Shown here: positions 1 through 12,628 of the stretch, piece by piece
How positions within the stretch are numbered: position 1 is the first letter of the stretch
How the letters are laid out: each line of letters starts with the position of its first letter
Notes under the pieces: model-generated
What the model saw: only the letters and a program-made list of their open reading frames with translations
Database searches by the model: none
Told to the model about the DNA's origin: nothing
NCBI RefSeq assembly: GCF_964204645.1
Contig: NC_134028.1
Span: forward strand, 22,998,345-23,062,344
DNA: 64,000 nucleotides
Reading direction: 5' to 3'
Source: Tubulanus polymorphus
Taxonomy: Eukaryota; Animalia; Nemertea
Position numbers and translations under genes: made by a program

Positions 1-959
1 TCTTCATTACCCTTTTAATACACATTTGTTTCGCTCGTATAATCCACCCACATCTCTCTCTCTCCCCTCTCGCTCTACTCCGCGTCCCGTCCGTCCATTT
101 CACTTCATTTATATCATCTTCAGTTTATAATGCGGACAGCCAGTAACCGCTATTAGCGATTACAGCAGCCATTTCATGAAAGTGGGGGAATCATACAGTA
201 ATTTGGCTCGGAGTAGTTTGGAGTTTTTGTCTATATTTCACAAAATGTGTTTCATATTCACTACAGGTACATTTACAGTCATTGCTTTATCATTATTTAA
301 TTCAGGAAATAATGATATTTCGTATAGAGTCAAAGTTATAACGCCATCTTCCATTGTTCACTTAACGCCAACTTCCGGGAACAGATCTAACTCAAATTCA
401 ATGAATATATCATTCTTTATAACGCCAAATTCGTTATAATGCCTTATTGTCAATCAGTCCCAATGTTGGCATTAAAGCACATTAACTGCAGTCAAGAATA
501 ACTTTATTACCCAGTTTATACGAAACCAGAAACAGAATACAATTTTTGTTCCGTATAGCTGACATCTAACAACTGATTTTGTCATTGAGTTCAGCAGTTT
601 TAGTAAAGAGGACAATTTTGACATTTCCTCCAATAACATATTGGGTCGTTGTTGATTGAAGAAGCAGTTACTTACAAAGTAATGGGGGTATTTACACCAA
701 TGCCATCGATGCTGTTGATGGGAAAGATGTTCAGGTTTTTATACGTCACGTTATAAAAGAGCTAATTTTCTACTTCCAGCTTCGGTTGTCCTGGAGACCT
801 ATCTGACAGACCTGAACACAATTTCCTGTAAGTAAATGATATCGAACTATGCGAGTAGTTTCTCGTTGTGGGTAACCTCTGAACCAAACATCAGGTATCA
901 ATACATTTATCAAACTTCATGTATCAGCACATTCGTCGCCTTGAAATAGAATAGAATGT

Positions 960-1027
960 CGCCCCAGCCGGGAATCGAACCCGGGTCTCACACGTGACAG
1001 GCGTGGATACTCACCAACTACCGATGA
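960..1027 (-). pseudogene. tRNA-Asp(GTC) pseudogene
   Basis: Reverse complement TCATCGGTAGTTGGTGAGTATCCACGCCTGTCACGTGTGAGACCCGGGTTCGATTCCCGGCTGGGGCG matches eukaryotic tRNA-Asp in the anticodon arm (GTC) and T-arm/B-box. It has a D-arm deletion and a mismatched acceptor stem. Confidence 0.75.
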
Positions 1028-4000
1028 TAATGATTAAGCCTTATATTTGGAAGGATTTCATACACGGTTACATTCCGGGACAATTTCTAACTAATTTCAA
1101 AAAGAAATTTCTTGAGACTGGTCGATTTGCTATCGAATACAAGATTCATACAATTCTATGATTCCCAAGTTGTTTTGACATCGTGAAATCGAGAAAAGTA
1201 TTGACAAAAATTCACAAGACTAGCCTAGATGATTTTTTTTTTGGTATTGACCATTATGGAACGCAAGACGTCGTTTCAGCAATCTATTATTTTTTTCAGT
1301 CAACCCGCTAGGTTGTAACGTTGGTTTTGAGCGCGAGTCTTTATCCCCATCTTAATCATGTTCCAGAGCAAAACAGCTTGTTCAACTTTCTTTCAATTTA
1401 AGTCCACGTAAGCTAAATATGTATATATCTAATACAAAATGAAAGCGTCATTTTCATTATGCATGATCGAACAAAATTCTCTCAACACAATCCGATTTTC
1501 GATCAATAAAACTACGCAATAGTAAAATGATTATAGATGCATGTTTAATGGAAGACGCTTCAGCAGGAAGTGCTGATCCAAGGTTCAACTGGAAGCCTTA
1601 TCATCACGTGAACATGAATCATTCATATGTATCGTGTTGAAACTCACTAAACCTACATTTCTTCTTGCATTCGGATTTCAGTTCGACATTTAATTATTAA
1701 TTTCCAGCAAATGTGAATCAATTTATAATGCCGCTATTCTCGGCGTTTGTAACGTGATTATTTCGCGCATGACTGATGAGAAGTTGATGATGACGTCACT
1801 TCCCATTAGTTAAGATTAAATCTCGTATATCAGTGACAGAAGATGTGATCTGGCGACAGATCATTGGTTAATTGCTGTCCGCGATTGATGGGCTTAGATC
1901 ACAAGACTAACACAACTAACTGCTCGCTAACTGGCAGTTTCCTGTTTTCTTTTTTTGTCTGGGTTTAGTCGCACAATCAAGATTCACGGCCAGGCTAAGT
2001 TCATGCTGGTTCTATCAAGACATTCCAAAGACGAGCGAGGGTGGATCTAGGATCTAGGATGGAAACAGCAGTGACTGACAATGTGAGAGCTGCAAGTGCG
2101 AAACGCGGATTCTGGACATTCCAACAGAAAAATCGATGATAAAAAGGGGCTTCTCTGGCCTTTATTAAATTTTGTTTTTCTTACAATTTTCTTTGCAATT
2201 TTCCAGACTTATTGGAGGGCATATTCGGATTTTGAGGCGAATATCTATTCTATACATATCTAAGTTATGGTCAAATAAACATCGTTTCTTGGGGCCCATT
2301 TTGAAGAACCTGCCACATCCCAAATGAGATTTCGATGTAAAAAAAATCACTCCCGTAATGCGCCAATTTTCTATGTTGAAAGAACGAAAGAGTGTATTCA
2401 GAAGATTTTATAGACTTGTACCGGTCTCCCATGAGCCCTGATCTGCTCGTGCGAAATTGAGTGCATAAAAGTCACAAAATATCACGCAACAAGCGCCACT
2501 AATACTCGACACAATAATCAGAGTCATTTGGGAGATTTCTCTTATTTCCAACGCTGTTATAGGTGACCCTATACAATCGAACTGATTCTCTGGTTGTGAA
2601 AGCTATTCGATTGGTATGTATCAAATTGATACGTACTAATGGATGGAACTAGCCGGCAATTTAACTAGCTATTGAGTTCTCGTATATTACTGAAATTGCA
2701 TTTTGTTCGAGATTCCGATAAACGACGAATGAAATTGAGTCGATATCAGCGTTGCTTGCGCGCGACTTTCCCCGCAGCAATGCTCAGAGTTCGGCAACAG
2801 ATCTTTGACAATCTCCGATTTATTTTCTATAAATAGAGAGAGAGAGAGAGAGAGTGGGTGATGTAGCTGTTCACTCGGAGTCATCAATGAAAAACGGACG
2901 ACTCACGAGATTGGTCGTCGATTTCGTCCTTGATAATTATCACCGACCGATTGCGTACGAGATCCCCGGAGAGGTTTCACAACTCCGGGGCGACATATGA
3001 GTCGGACATGGACATTCATACATTTACATAATTACATCAGAAGCGCATTACAAAGTGTAATGTCCACCGACTGAGTTGATTATAAATCGAGTGGGATCGT
3101 TGATGGCTGCCTCAGTTACCAGTGTTGCAGGGCATCCGTCATCATTCCTGCCTCCGACACTTTGAACAGCGGGTTAGCCGGCGAATATTTAGTGAAGTTA
3201 TACCAGTGAACATGCAGCATTGATCTTCGAGCGAATTGTCGGAAATTGTAAGAAAAATTGTGGTTTTATCGAGATGTAAAAATCAATCGCCAGTTGGGAA
3301 GATGCAGCAGCGGCAGCCAGCGTAATTGTGGACTTATCTTGCAGCGTCTTCGCTGTTACGACTGGATGCTGGGGCGATTAGTGGTACTTTTGTCAGTAGA
3401 ATATCCACAGCAGTGTCTCCATAAAACCAGAGCTGCAGCCTTTGAGAGGTAATTTTTTCAGTTTCTTTATAAACTATCGTAGCATGGTTGCATTTAGTTA
3501 GCAGTATATCGAGTTATAAAAGTTGGTCAGTGACTCTTATGTATATTGTCTCAAACTGGGGATAAACTGGGTACTAGTCGCGTGATAGACTGCGTAAACT
3601 CTTATCTTTTTTTTCGAACGATTCTCCATATCAGAACATTCACTGCGGGAAATGTGATCAGCGATTTTAGTAGAAATGTATTTTGAATTTTTCTGTCTTA
3701 TCGCTATAAATTTCCTCATTATTCTTCATAGCTTCAACTGCATTCATTTACTTTCAAAACTTAACAATAATCCGGTGCTTAGCTCCTCGAGTCATCCCCG
3801 TTGACAGGAATGGGCCATTTTCAGTTGGATAGAGCATAAAGTGCGCTATAAGATTATAAGAAGATCAATTAGCGAGAATCTTAGCGATTATGTTGTCATG
3901 GATATCGCCAGACTTGATAATCCACGACGAGCACATTTTGTAAGCCAAGGTGATGCACGTTTTATAATCCGATGAGCATGTCTGTGAGACGAGGGACCTG

Positions 4001-4086
4001 ATCACTTCTTGCTTGCAGCGCAGTGGTCTGTAATCTAATAACCGAACCAGCGAAAAAAATCTGATCACGTTCACCGCCCTGGTTCT

Positions 4087-4135
4087 TTCCCCAGTCGGGA
4101 CTCGAACCATGGGTCTCACTCGTGACAGGGCGACC
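4087..4135 (-). pseudogene. Degenerate tRNA-Asp-like fragment or tRNA-derived SINE head
   Basis: tccccagtcgggactcgaaccatgggtctcactcgtgacagg aligns to the 3' half of tRNA-Asp (B-box GGTTCGAGTCC, anticodon GTC). The 5' half is missing. Confidence 0.45.
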
Positions 4136-7100
4136 AGTAGCCTTAGTTCAAAGCAGTCGATTGTATCATGAATCCAGTTCCACAATTGAGAGTTAGAGTT
4201 AACTCTTAACTCGCAACTGTGGAACTGGATCCTGAAGATCACAGTTGTGCTGATTGATACTGTTTTCAATGTGCACGTTCCCCGAATACTAACCACGTTT
4301 GCGTTTCTGAACTCGTGTCTAATTTGTTTTCTGGCGGCGGTCACAAATCAGCCTCTTAGCCTACAAGAGGCCATAAATTACTAAAAACTTGATGATGCTG
4401 TCCATCAATTTATCACTGAGCTTAGTTCGGGATTATATCCCATGTAACTGAGCAGCTTAATCGAGGATTACTTTCATAACCGAAAATGCCATCATCGTCT
4501 GCTACTGCGCGAATGTCAAGGTCAATAACCTGTCACGTGAGCGTGATGGATCGATAGAAGGGATAAATCTTTGCATATCTGATTTGATAAGTTTTCTCAG
4601 CACAAATTTTCCTCCTTTTCCGGCCCTTTTTAATTCTTCGTTTTCACAAAGAATGCGCTTTACATTTTGACGAAGCTTATCGCGCATTTCGTAGGCATTA
4701 TATGTACAGTCGCCATCTTGGAAAGCTTTTTATGAGAATAGTACATATGGAATAGTTTAATTTAGATTAACCCGCATCCAATACTTGACTCATTTCGTGA
4801 AAGGAAACACTGCCTTATACTAATTGGTGCTATTTGATACGCGAATAATCACATGTTATAACATATACACGAATAGCTGAATATTCAATACACACAATAT
4901 ACACTATCGTGTTGAAACGATGTTTTTTGCTGCCTTTGAGATTATGGCGTTTCTAAGATTCTTTAAATCTACTTTCCATGTTCCATCTTCATCGGAATGA
5001 TGCGCAATTCTTGTCGCGAAATCGACCACAGATTTCGTATCGACTGCGCGAGCGACCATTTCCTCTTCCTACTTCACCATGTGACCAACTTCCTAGTCTT
5101 ATGACATTTAATATTCAATTTTTCATGGGGTAAAAATCTGTTCTACTTTTTATATAATGATTATCTTTCTCAGGCACTCGAAGAACGGGATCAGTTCACC
5201 CAGTATGAACCAGTGATAATTACGCGGCGCCGCTGTATAATTTCTTTATTAGACAGATAAGAAAATGACGTCGTTTATTAGTAGGAATGTTCTATTGTTT
5301 TTGCTCGTAGTTTATGTCACTCGTGGTCAGTGTCAAAATGCCATCAAATAAATATCTGGCGAACAAGCAGAGGTAGTTTGAGAAGAGGCTGAGGGGGAAA
5401 TATCTCTAAATAATCAAAACAATAATATCCAATATCCCCAGTGTTTATAGAGGACTTAGTAATTCTTTATTGTTAACATTTCTTTGATCGCTAACGAGAT
5501 TGATTTGAAACAAACTCGATAAGCACTTTTTATCGGAGGGTATATTATTTGTTTTTGGTGTGATCCTGGACGATAAAGGCACTAAGTGCACATCGCGGTA
5601 ATGTCTGACACCGTCTCACGTTCAATGACCAATATCTCGTGCCTAACATACTGAAAAATGAATCCATGGATAGTTTATTTTCTAACTCGACTATTCCAAT
5701 CAGGAACTGGTTTTTTTTACTAGAACAGCTGGCTTTCATCTCCCGCTGGTTACCATGCACTTCATACGGATCCTATACGCTCTCCAGTACTATATTAATC
5801 CCGATCTGGATATGCACGTACGGCGGCGCGAATCTTCCAGGTTAGTACGTAGATTGTTAATTTGTTTTTAAACATATTTCAATCAACAATTATCAAATTT
5901 GATAGGACGTGTGTGCGTGCGTGTATGACGTTTGCTACGGCGAGGGGCTAGATATTCGAATGTTTGGTTCATAAGTGCAAGGTCTTCTAAATCTGAAAAA
6001 AGCCGACAGATCTTTACTACACACAGATCGGAAATTCATATATACAAAAAGCAAATACGGGTATTCAGCGGTATTTGATTGATGACTTGAAAGAGTCATT
6101 CGTGTCAAAACGTGCGCACGTTATTGTATACATATACTGGTATATCGTCCCTAAACGTCTTTTTTACTACAGCATACTTTCATATCGTTGGCTGTTGTGC
6201 GCGTATATGCCTATAGAGTCAGGACTGGAAATTAATTTTCAGCTATAAATCAAACGGAAATCTGTTGATACGCGTCGAACTGGAGATTGTTTTCCTGTAT
6301 ACGTACAAAATACACGCGAGTTGTCGTATGATAGAAAAGCTCGGCTCATTAGCGATCGGACTGAATTTCACTTTACACAACGAGTTTTCAGCCTGATCTT
6401 TTCAACGTGAGGCAACACGATCCGCAGAAATAAGCGTCTGGCAAAATTATCTTTTTTTCTCGCATTTCGCGACCTAGTATTTACAGTTGACGTTGACATA
6501 GTTCCATCGAAGCGCTATTCTAAAAAAGTCTGACAAGGGGGATATTATCATTAGATATAATAGGCAGGGTCATCTGTGAATATATGATAAAAATAGTTTG
6601 CGCTGATAAAAGACTCGTTTACGCTGTCGGAATGCGTGCGTTTAGTATCGAAGAGGGAGAGAAAGGACGAGTTTTATTGTGAAGGTTAATGACGTTGTCT
6701 CCAGTCAGCGGGCAGCCTTCCAGTACTCGGCCCATCCTCGCTCTACATCGCCGAGTGTTCAAATGAAAGATACATCGCTGAGATGATGGTTCGGAACGTA
6801 ACTCCGGGATCGATAAACTGCCGCCGTCTGAATCGGAACTGTCTTTCTCTCTTCATATGTAAAATCGTAGTGCAAAATTGGCACAAGAATGCATTATGGA
6901 AATGTGGTTGTGCGTGCGGGCTCAAGTGTTTCGAACATCGACGAAAAAGATTTTTATCTTTTTCGCACAAACCCGTAAGTGAATTTTTTCTTATTTCGTT
7001 GGGAAAAAAATAACAGTTTTTATTCTTCGTCGTTAAATGAACCGGAAGTAAGTAAAGTCTACTGCGCGTTTATTATATACAACGACGTGTATTTTCTGTT

Positions 7101-9149
7101 TCGAGGTTGTTGAGATTTTTTCGGAAGGAGATGTGATGATGTTTAGTATGGAAGAGATTTTAAAATGTATTTCAGCCCCGGGGAGAATACTAAAATATCT
7201 TCATACATGTATATGATATGTGTGTATTGTATGAAAAAGGAGGGTGGATACTTTACAAAGAGCTTCTTTATTCATCTTTGTTTAGTATTTGAGATCTATC
7301 GACGGTACAATAAATAAGTCGTATAGCATACATTAATACGTCGATTAGGCGCTGTATTTAGATTAGGGCGTATCCTATGGATGACCTATATCGTCTAATG
7401 TAGGTTGTACGCAAGGGATGATAATCTAAGTACCCATAAACAATATGTCTAATGCTGAATAGGTATCAGGAACTTAACTAAAGCATGCATTTGTGTTGGT
7501 GATAAATCCAAATGTGAAATTCATTTTTGACGGCAATATCCAAAAATGTGGTACATGGTAAAACGTGATTTTCTCTCACGAGTATTTGGGTCATGGGGTC
7601 AAGACCGACGTGAAAATAGCATGGTTCGTGACCGAACGTTGCGAGTACAGGACCGAGAGAAATAGATAGTTCTTCTTCGGGACAGTTCAAAGGGCATTGG
7701 AATCGACTCATATTGCGTCATAAGTTGTCTAATTGAATATTTCGATGGACTGCTCATTACGACTACAATATGAGTTTTACGAGTCTAACGAATCTGATAC
7801 TGGCATCGTTCATATATCGACATACACTGCCTAGTTTTATTGTCAATATGATTTTAATGCACAGAATGATATATAAACTTTCCGGTACAGCTGTTGCTAT
7901 GTGTATTCCATTATATGCCCAGGGTCCTTAAATAAAAACCATTTGATAAAACCTCGTGTCAAGGTCATACGATATATACTATGTAATAGTAACCTCATTG
8001 AGACCAATTCAATGTTTTATTCGTGGTTGTTTTCGAGCATTTTTCCAGCTTACCCTCGCAGTTCACGCTGTCCCAACAACCTAGAAAATATGAACTTTCA
8101 AAGCGGATATCATATTTAATTTGGTAATACACTCCTTGATCTCTGCAAAGCGTATTAATTTTCCTAATTTCCTGTATGGATTGAAGGTCAGATAAAGTTC
8201 AGCGACGTATAATGGATACCATTCCAATGATGAAGTGTAAATGCGGAAATCCTGTTCTAAGCCTGATAAAATTCGTGTAATACAATTCGGAATTCAATAC
8301 TGCACTAAATATGTATAAATAAACTTATAGTTTAATACTATGTACGAGGGAATATAATTTCTACCGCAATTGCGGTTTGTGTGTGGTTAACGTCAAGGTT
8401 CGGTACCCCTTTGCAGCTTGTAGTGTAGCTAGAGGGCTTCATTCACTCTGCGTAACCTCTCCTGGAAATAATTTCCAACCGAAGCACTCTAAGAAATCGT
8501 AAAAAATCTCTATCGTTTAAGTCAAGTGCAACCCGAATAGAAAGAGGGAGTGTTCAAATGTATACATGAAAAAGCTGACCTGATTTCTCGTCTATTGGTA
8601 TTTGTGTCAAATAGGGAGACGACATGGCAAGGCGATTAACTATAGTGATTATCAGGCCTATACATCATATTATAATAGAGGAGGGCTCCGATAATTAGCA
8701 ATCAACGTCATCATTTTAGTGTTTCCTAACGGTAGTTAATGACTGTATTCATTTTTTCCGAGATCACATTAATCAAAGCGTTCGGCTCTGTTGCTGCGCC
8801 AGTCATCATTTTCACTATATTCCCAGGGCCATTTCCCTCGCTATCCCTGCCTCTACTCCGATTTCTGCTATTTCGAGTTTTCTTTCGATATTTTTAAGTC
8901 TTCAAATGGCTGAGATCTCGTCGTCGGTGTGTTGCGCGAACGTGCGAGGGACTTTCTAATAGTGACATTTGAAGTTGATACTGATCCTTTGTAAATCGCC
9001 TTTCATCGCTTGTTCACACGGTATTTTCTCTGCTGGCATCTCACTTCTTTAAAACCGGGGTCAGACGACGAATAGCGAACTGATACCAGTCAACTGAGCG
9101 CTGTTTCGTCGTTAAGTCTGCGTCTTTCTTTCGACTGGCGTCGATTCCT

Positions 9150-9310
9150 CTGTCAAAGCGGAAAACTAATTTGCATGTAATTTACTGTCGACTGTTTATA
9201 ATTCGACTGACTTGATCGTTTTATATTGCAAATGGCGATGACGAGAATTTTTGACTGATTTATTTGCATATTTGACAGCGAAAGTTTCGGTCAAACTCGG
9301 CATGATTTAC
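9150..9310. promoter_or_regulatory. Candidate enhancer: clustered Meis/Hth, Pbx-Hox and octamer motifs
   Basis: CTGTCA 9150, ATTTGCAT 9169, TGATTTAT 9256, ATTTGCAT 9262, TGACAG 9273 and TGATTTAC 9303 fall within 160 bp. Motif match only. Confidence 0.35.
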
Positions 9311-10754
9311 TAAACGATCTTGTGAAAGGTTTCTCAAATCAGTCATCAAACTACACCGACAAGACTCAATCAAACAAACGTTACTTAATATTACAAGATA
9401 TATATTTTTCTACTCAAAAGTAATGTCTTCATTGCTTAGATATAGAATGACTGGTCCTGATTTTATCGTCAGTGTTCACAGATTAAACGATGGAGCTGTA
9501 GTGTGTCTGGTTGTGATGTTGATGGCTGGGAGACTGCTGTAATGTTCTATTCGATGCCGATAGTTCAAAAACCGCTGTTTAGGATCCATCCGAAACTTTA
9601 AATAACACGAGAATTAGATTATATGAATATGATGTATTAACATCGCAGATGATTTGTCTCCGAATATGGGTTCTGTGTACATGTTACATTAGATCTATTG
9701 GGACGAATTGCAACTGGGCTTTTATATGTAGCTGGATTGTTCACATGCAGGCTCCAATTGATGTCTGGGGAATCGTAAATCGTGGCATTACCATCATCGA
9801 ATTAACCCTTTCTCGTCTAAATTATCATTTACATGTATGCACTTGATGCTTGACGGTCAGTGATCTTTAACTCGGTACTCCCCCGCAGTGACGGTCGTTA
9901 TAAACGACGAACGGCGATTTCAAGCTTTCCCGATAAGACACTCGAACAAATCGTCTGCACCAGTAGCAGCTCATCCGGGTCGTTTTCGAACTGGACACGA
10001 AATAAGGAAATCTCTGTAGGTCTAGCTCGCTGCTGCGCTCCTATTTAATCATGATTTATCATAATGCAGCATCAAATCTTTAGATTTATGTCGAATCCAT
10101 ATTCAGAAATATCGTAGATTATTCATTAGAGGTGTATTTGTACAATCTTCAACCATCATAAAGATGCTGCGAATGGCGCATATCTCTAATGAGCGCATAT
10201 TTTAACTTATCTAATATGCGATATATGCTACACTGTTGTATTGTAATTCATCAGAACAAAATCTATTTCAACTTTCGGAACACGATTTTCAGTTAAGATA
10301 GATTTGAATCGACAAAATCCTGCTCGTCAATTTGTAGATCTTATCTAATGTCGTCGGGATGTTGTGTGCCGTATTGCGCGCTACTGGCGATTTGTACACA
10401 CACGACTGTCTTAGTCATAAACTTATGGATTGATAAAGTAAAAAATCAGTGTTCATTATGATATTCTACATCGGCTGGAGTAAAATTTATCTGCTGTACA
10501 AACAACGTCTCTCAGTTGAGCAGTGTCGATATTTACTCTCAAAATACGTCAGTTTTTATCGCCGGAAAAGATGAATTAGTTCTTGAACAATTTGCAAATA
10601 GAACTTTGAGTTTTTAATGCAGAAAAAGCTTATCAATTATTTAACAAAGATAGACTCCTTTCATGTTCATGTTTGCACTTCTACGAGATTCCTGGTTCTT
10701 TTAGTTTTTAGTTTATCGAGGCCGAGTGTCTGAATATCAGTTATATCTACGTAT

Positions 10755-10851
10755 GCGCCATCTACCAGAAGTAGGCTGAACTATAATTACGGCTAGCGCG
10801 GTTGGCGTTGTCTTACAGTCGATTATCGACGGCGCGTTCGCCATCTAGCGG
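10755..10851 (-). promoter_or_regulatory. Pair of CTCF-like motifs
   Basis: The minus strand reads CCGCTAGATGGCG (10839-10851) and CTGGTAGATGGCGC (10755-10768), resembling the CTCF core CCASYAGRKGGCR. Confidence 0.45.
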
Positions 10852-11410
10852 AATTGATGAGAATCAGTAATGTTTTGTGTCACAATAACGCCACTGTTTA
10901 GACCGGACGATTCGGCATTTTTATGTTTTAATAACGCGAGATAGAACGAGCGGCTCACTCACCGGTTTGTAGTAATTACTCACACGAAGCAGCGGCGATG
11001 TTTATTTACAGTGGATTGACGTCGAACGTCATAAATTGCCGAACGATCGATTATGGTTTGAATAGACGGATATAAATAAACGCGACTTATTACGTTTCTA
11101 ATAAATCCACATGTAAAATCTCGTTTTGTTTATCAGAACTAGTGTTCAGTTGATGTTAGTTTGATGTTGCAATTAATATTTAGTGTTTGGAGTCATACAC
11201 CAAAAATCCTTTCATCTAAGCATCGACGGATCGGTGAATATTTGGTTAGGCGAACTAAAATATGATTTTACAGACAATCTTCGTCCAAATCTCGTAGTAA
11301 TTCTGGTTAAAAATCCCTATATAATCAATTTTTTTATTATTTTTGCAGGTTGTGGAGCAACATTGAAAGAAGTCCGCCGATCAGCCGCCAGGATCGCCGC
11401 CGTTTACCTG

Positions 11411-11485
11411 GACAAACCTGGTTTTCACTCTGATTTTACAGATAAATCTACAAATTCTGAGATCATTGTGAAAACTATTTTTGTC
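11411..11485 (+). ncRNA. bantam: bantam microRNA precursor hairpin (mature 3p about 11458-11480)
   Basis: The 3p arm TGAGATCATTGTGAAAACTATTT carries the bantam seed GAGAUCA and is near-identical to lophotrochozoan bantam. The 5p arm CTGGTTTTCACTCTGATTTTACAGA pairs with it and resembles bantam-star. Basal stem GACAAA/TTTGTC; CNNC motif (CTAC, 11496) 16 nt past the predicted 3' end. Confidence 0.95.
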
Positions 11486-12473
11486 GCCATATAATCTACA
11501 TTGACTGTCGCTCCGGGGATGATAATCGATTTGAAGCCGAGTATGTCGTGGTCTGAAAGGCGCATATGACGGAAACGACACCAGTGCCTAACTTCCAATG
11601 TTCTTAATGTGGAATTAAATAACTAGATACGGCTAAACAGAAATGATTCCTCGTTTCTTCTTATCGGCTTGGTCTAAACTGCAATATAATTTGTGATCAT
11701 GCAATAGAATTTGTGATCAGTTCATTTCTACAGCTGCCGGGCCTGTAATTGTTAGCTTTATCATGAATTAGAAATGTCTCATGTACAGGGTTTATAGGCG
11801 GCCGGCTGGTTCAACTTTGAAACTCAACAGAAATGAGAAAAAAAGGTATCACTTTTTTGCCTTATTGATTATTATATTATTTTGCTAGATATGTACATTA
11901 AGTCGTATAAGTAAAAGAGCCACAATGTGAAGATTTAACAAAAAGTCTATCTATTAACCTGATATTTCGGATATTTCACTTCTATCAATCCTCAGACATT
12001 AACTTAAAACGATATTTTCAAAATATCTCTGAGTATAATGAAATACATAAAACGATTTATTTGAAATGATATCTTGTATTACACTTCACGGAACGACTAG
12101 TTTCAATTTATTCAATTGATGAAGTTCTGTTTTGCCTCTTGTGAAATAGCCTCAGTTACCAGTTGACAACTCATCTCACCTTCCAATAGATAAAATAGAT
12201 AAGTATAAGTGCTACTTATCAGTACCGGCAGGTAAACCAGAGGAGGAATTGTTGCTATCCAGGAATGATCATAAATTCATGCGTGGTTAAACATGTATTT
12301 TTCATTTCTTTGTATAATGTTTATGTGTAAGTGAGTAGTAACGTGTGCGTGTGTTTGTAGTCCTGCTGTAGGTTCAGCAGCAGGGGTGGTTTATGAGCGC
12401 TGAGCGAATAAAAATTAAGATTTTTGAGGTGAACGTAGTTCTGATAGAACCCCGACATGGAAAAATAGCACCA

Positions 12474-12628
12474 TACAGTCAAGCCCCGATATACAGCCGG
12501 CCCCGCCTACCGCCAGGTTTTCTCAATGTTCATCTCTATACAAATACATAGTAAAACACCCCCGATATACCGCCATACTCTCTATACCACCAAAATCGTT
12601 CTGGGCGGTATATCGAGGGTTGACTATA
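12474..12628. mobile_element. pogo/Tigger-like MITE, family A, copy 1
   Basis: TA-flanked, with TIR CAGTCAAGCCCCGATATAC / GTATATCGAGGGTTGACTA. A homologous copy lies at 19957-20127. Confidence 0.75.

Noticed and set aside
3090-3147. SECIS or IRE interpretation of the hairpin
   Set aside because: Minus-strand ATGA..AA lacks the 3' GA of the quartet; the CAGTGT loop lacks the 5-bp IRE upper stem; no adjacent selenoprotein.
3865-4344. 159-aa minus-strand ORF
   Set aside because: GTG start, no recognisable domain, overlaps a tRNA-derived relic.
9490-9550. GU-rich possible hairpin
   Set aside because: Pairing is mostly G:U with several bulges; no match to a miRNA family I recognise.
11183-11581. 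ORFs overlapping the bantam hairpin
   Set aside because: Non-ATG starts, one spans a polypyrimidine tract; better explained by the miRNA.
3109-12163. Identical 15-mer GCCTCAGTTACCAGT at 3109 and 12149
   Set aside because: One or two such matches are expected by chance in a 64-kb window; flanks do not align.
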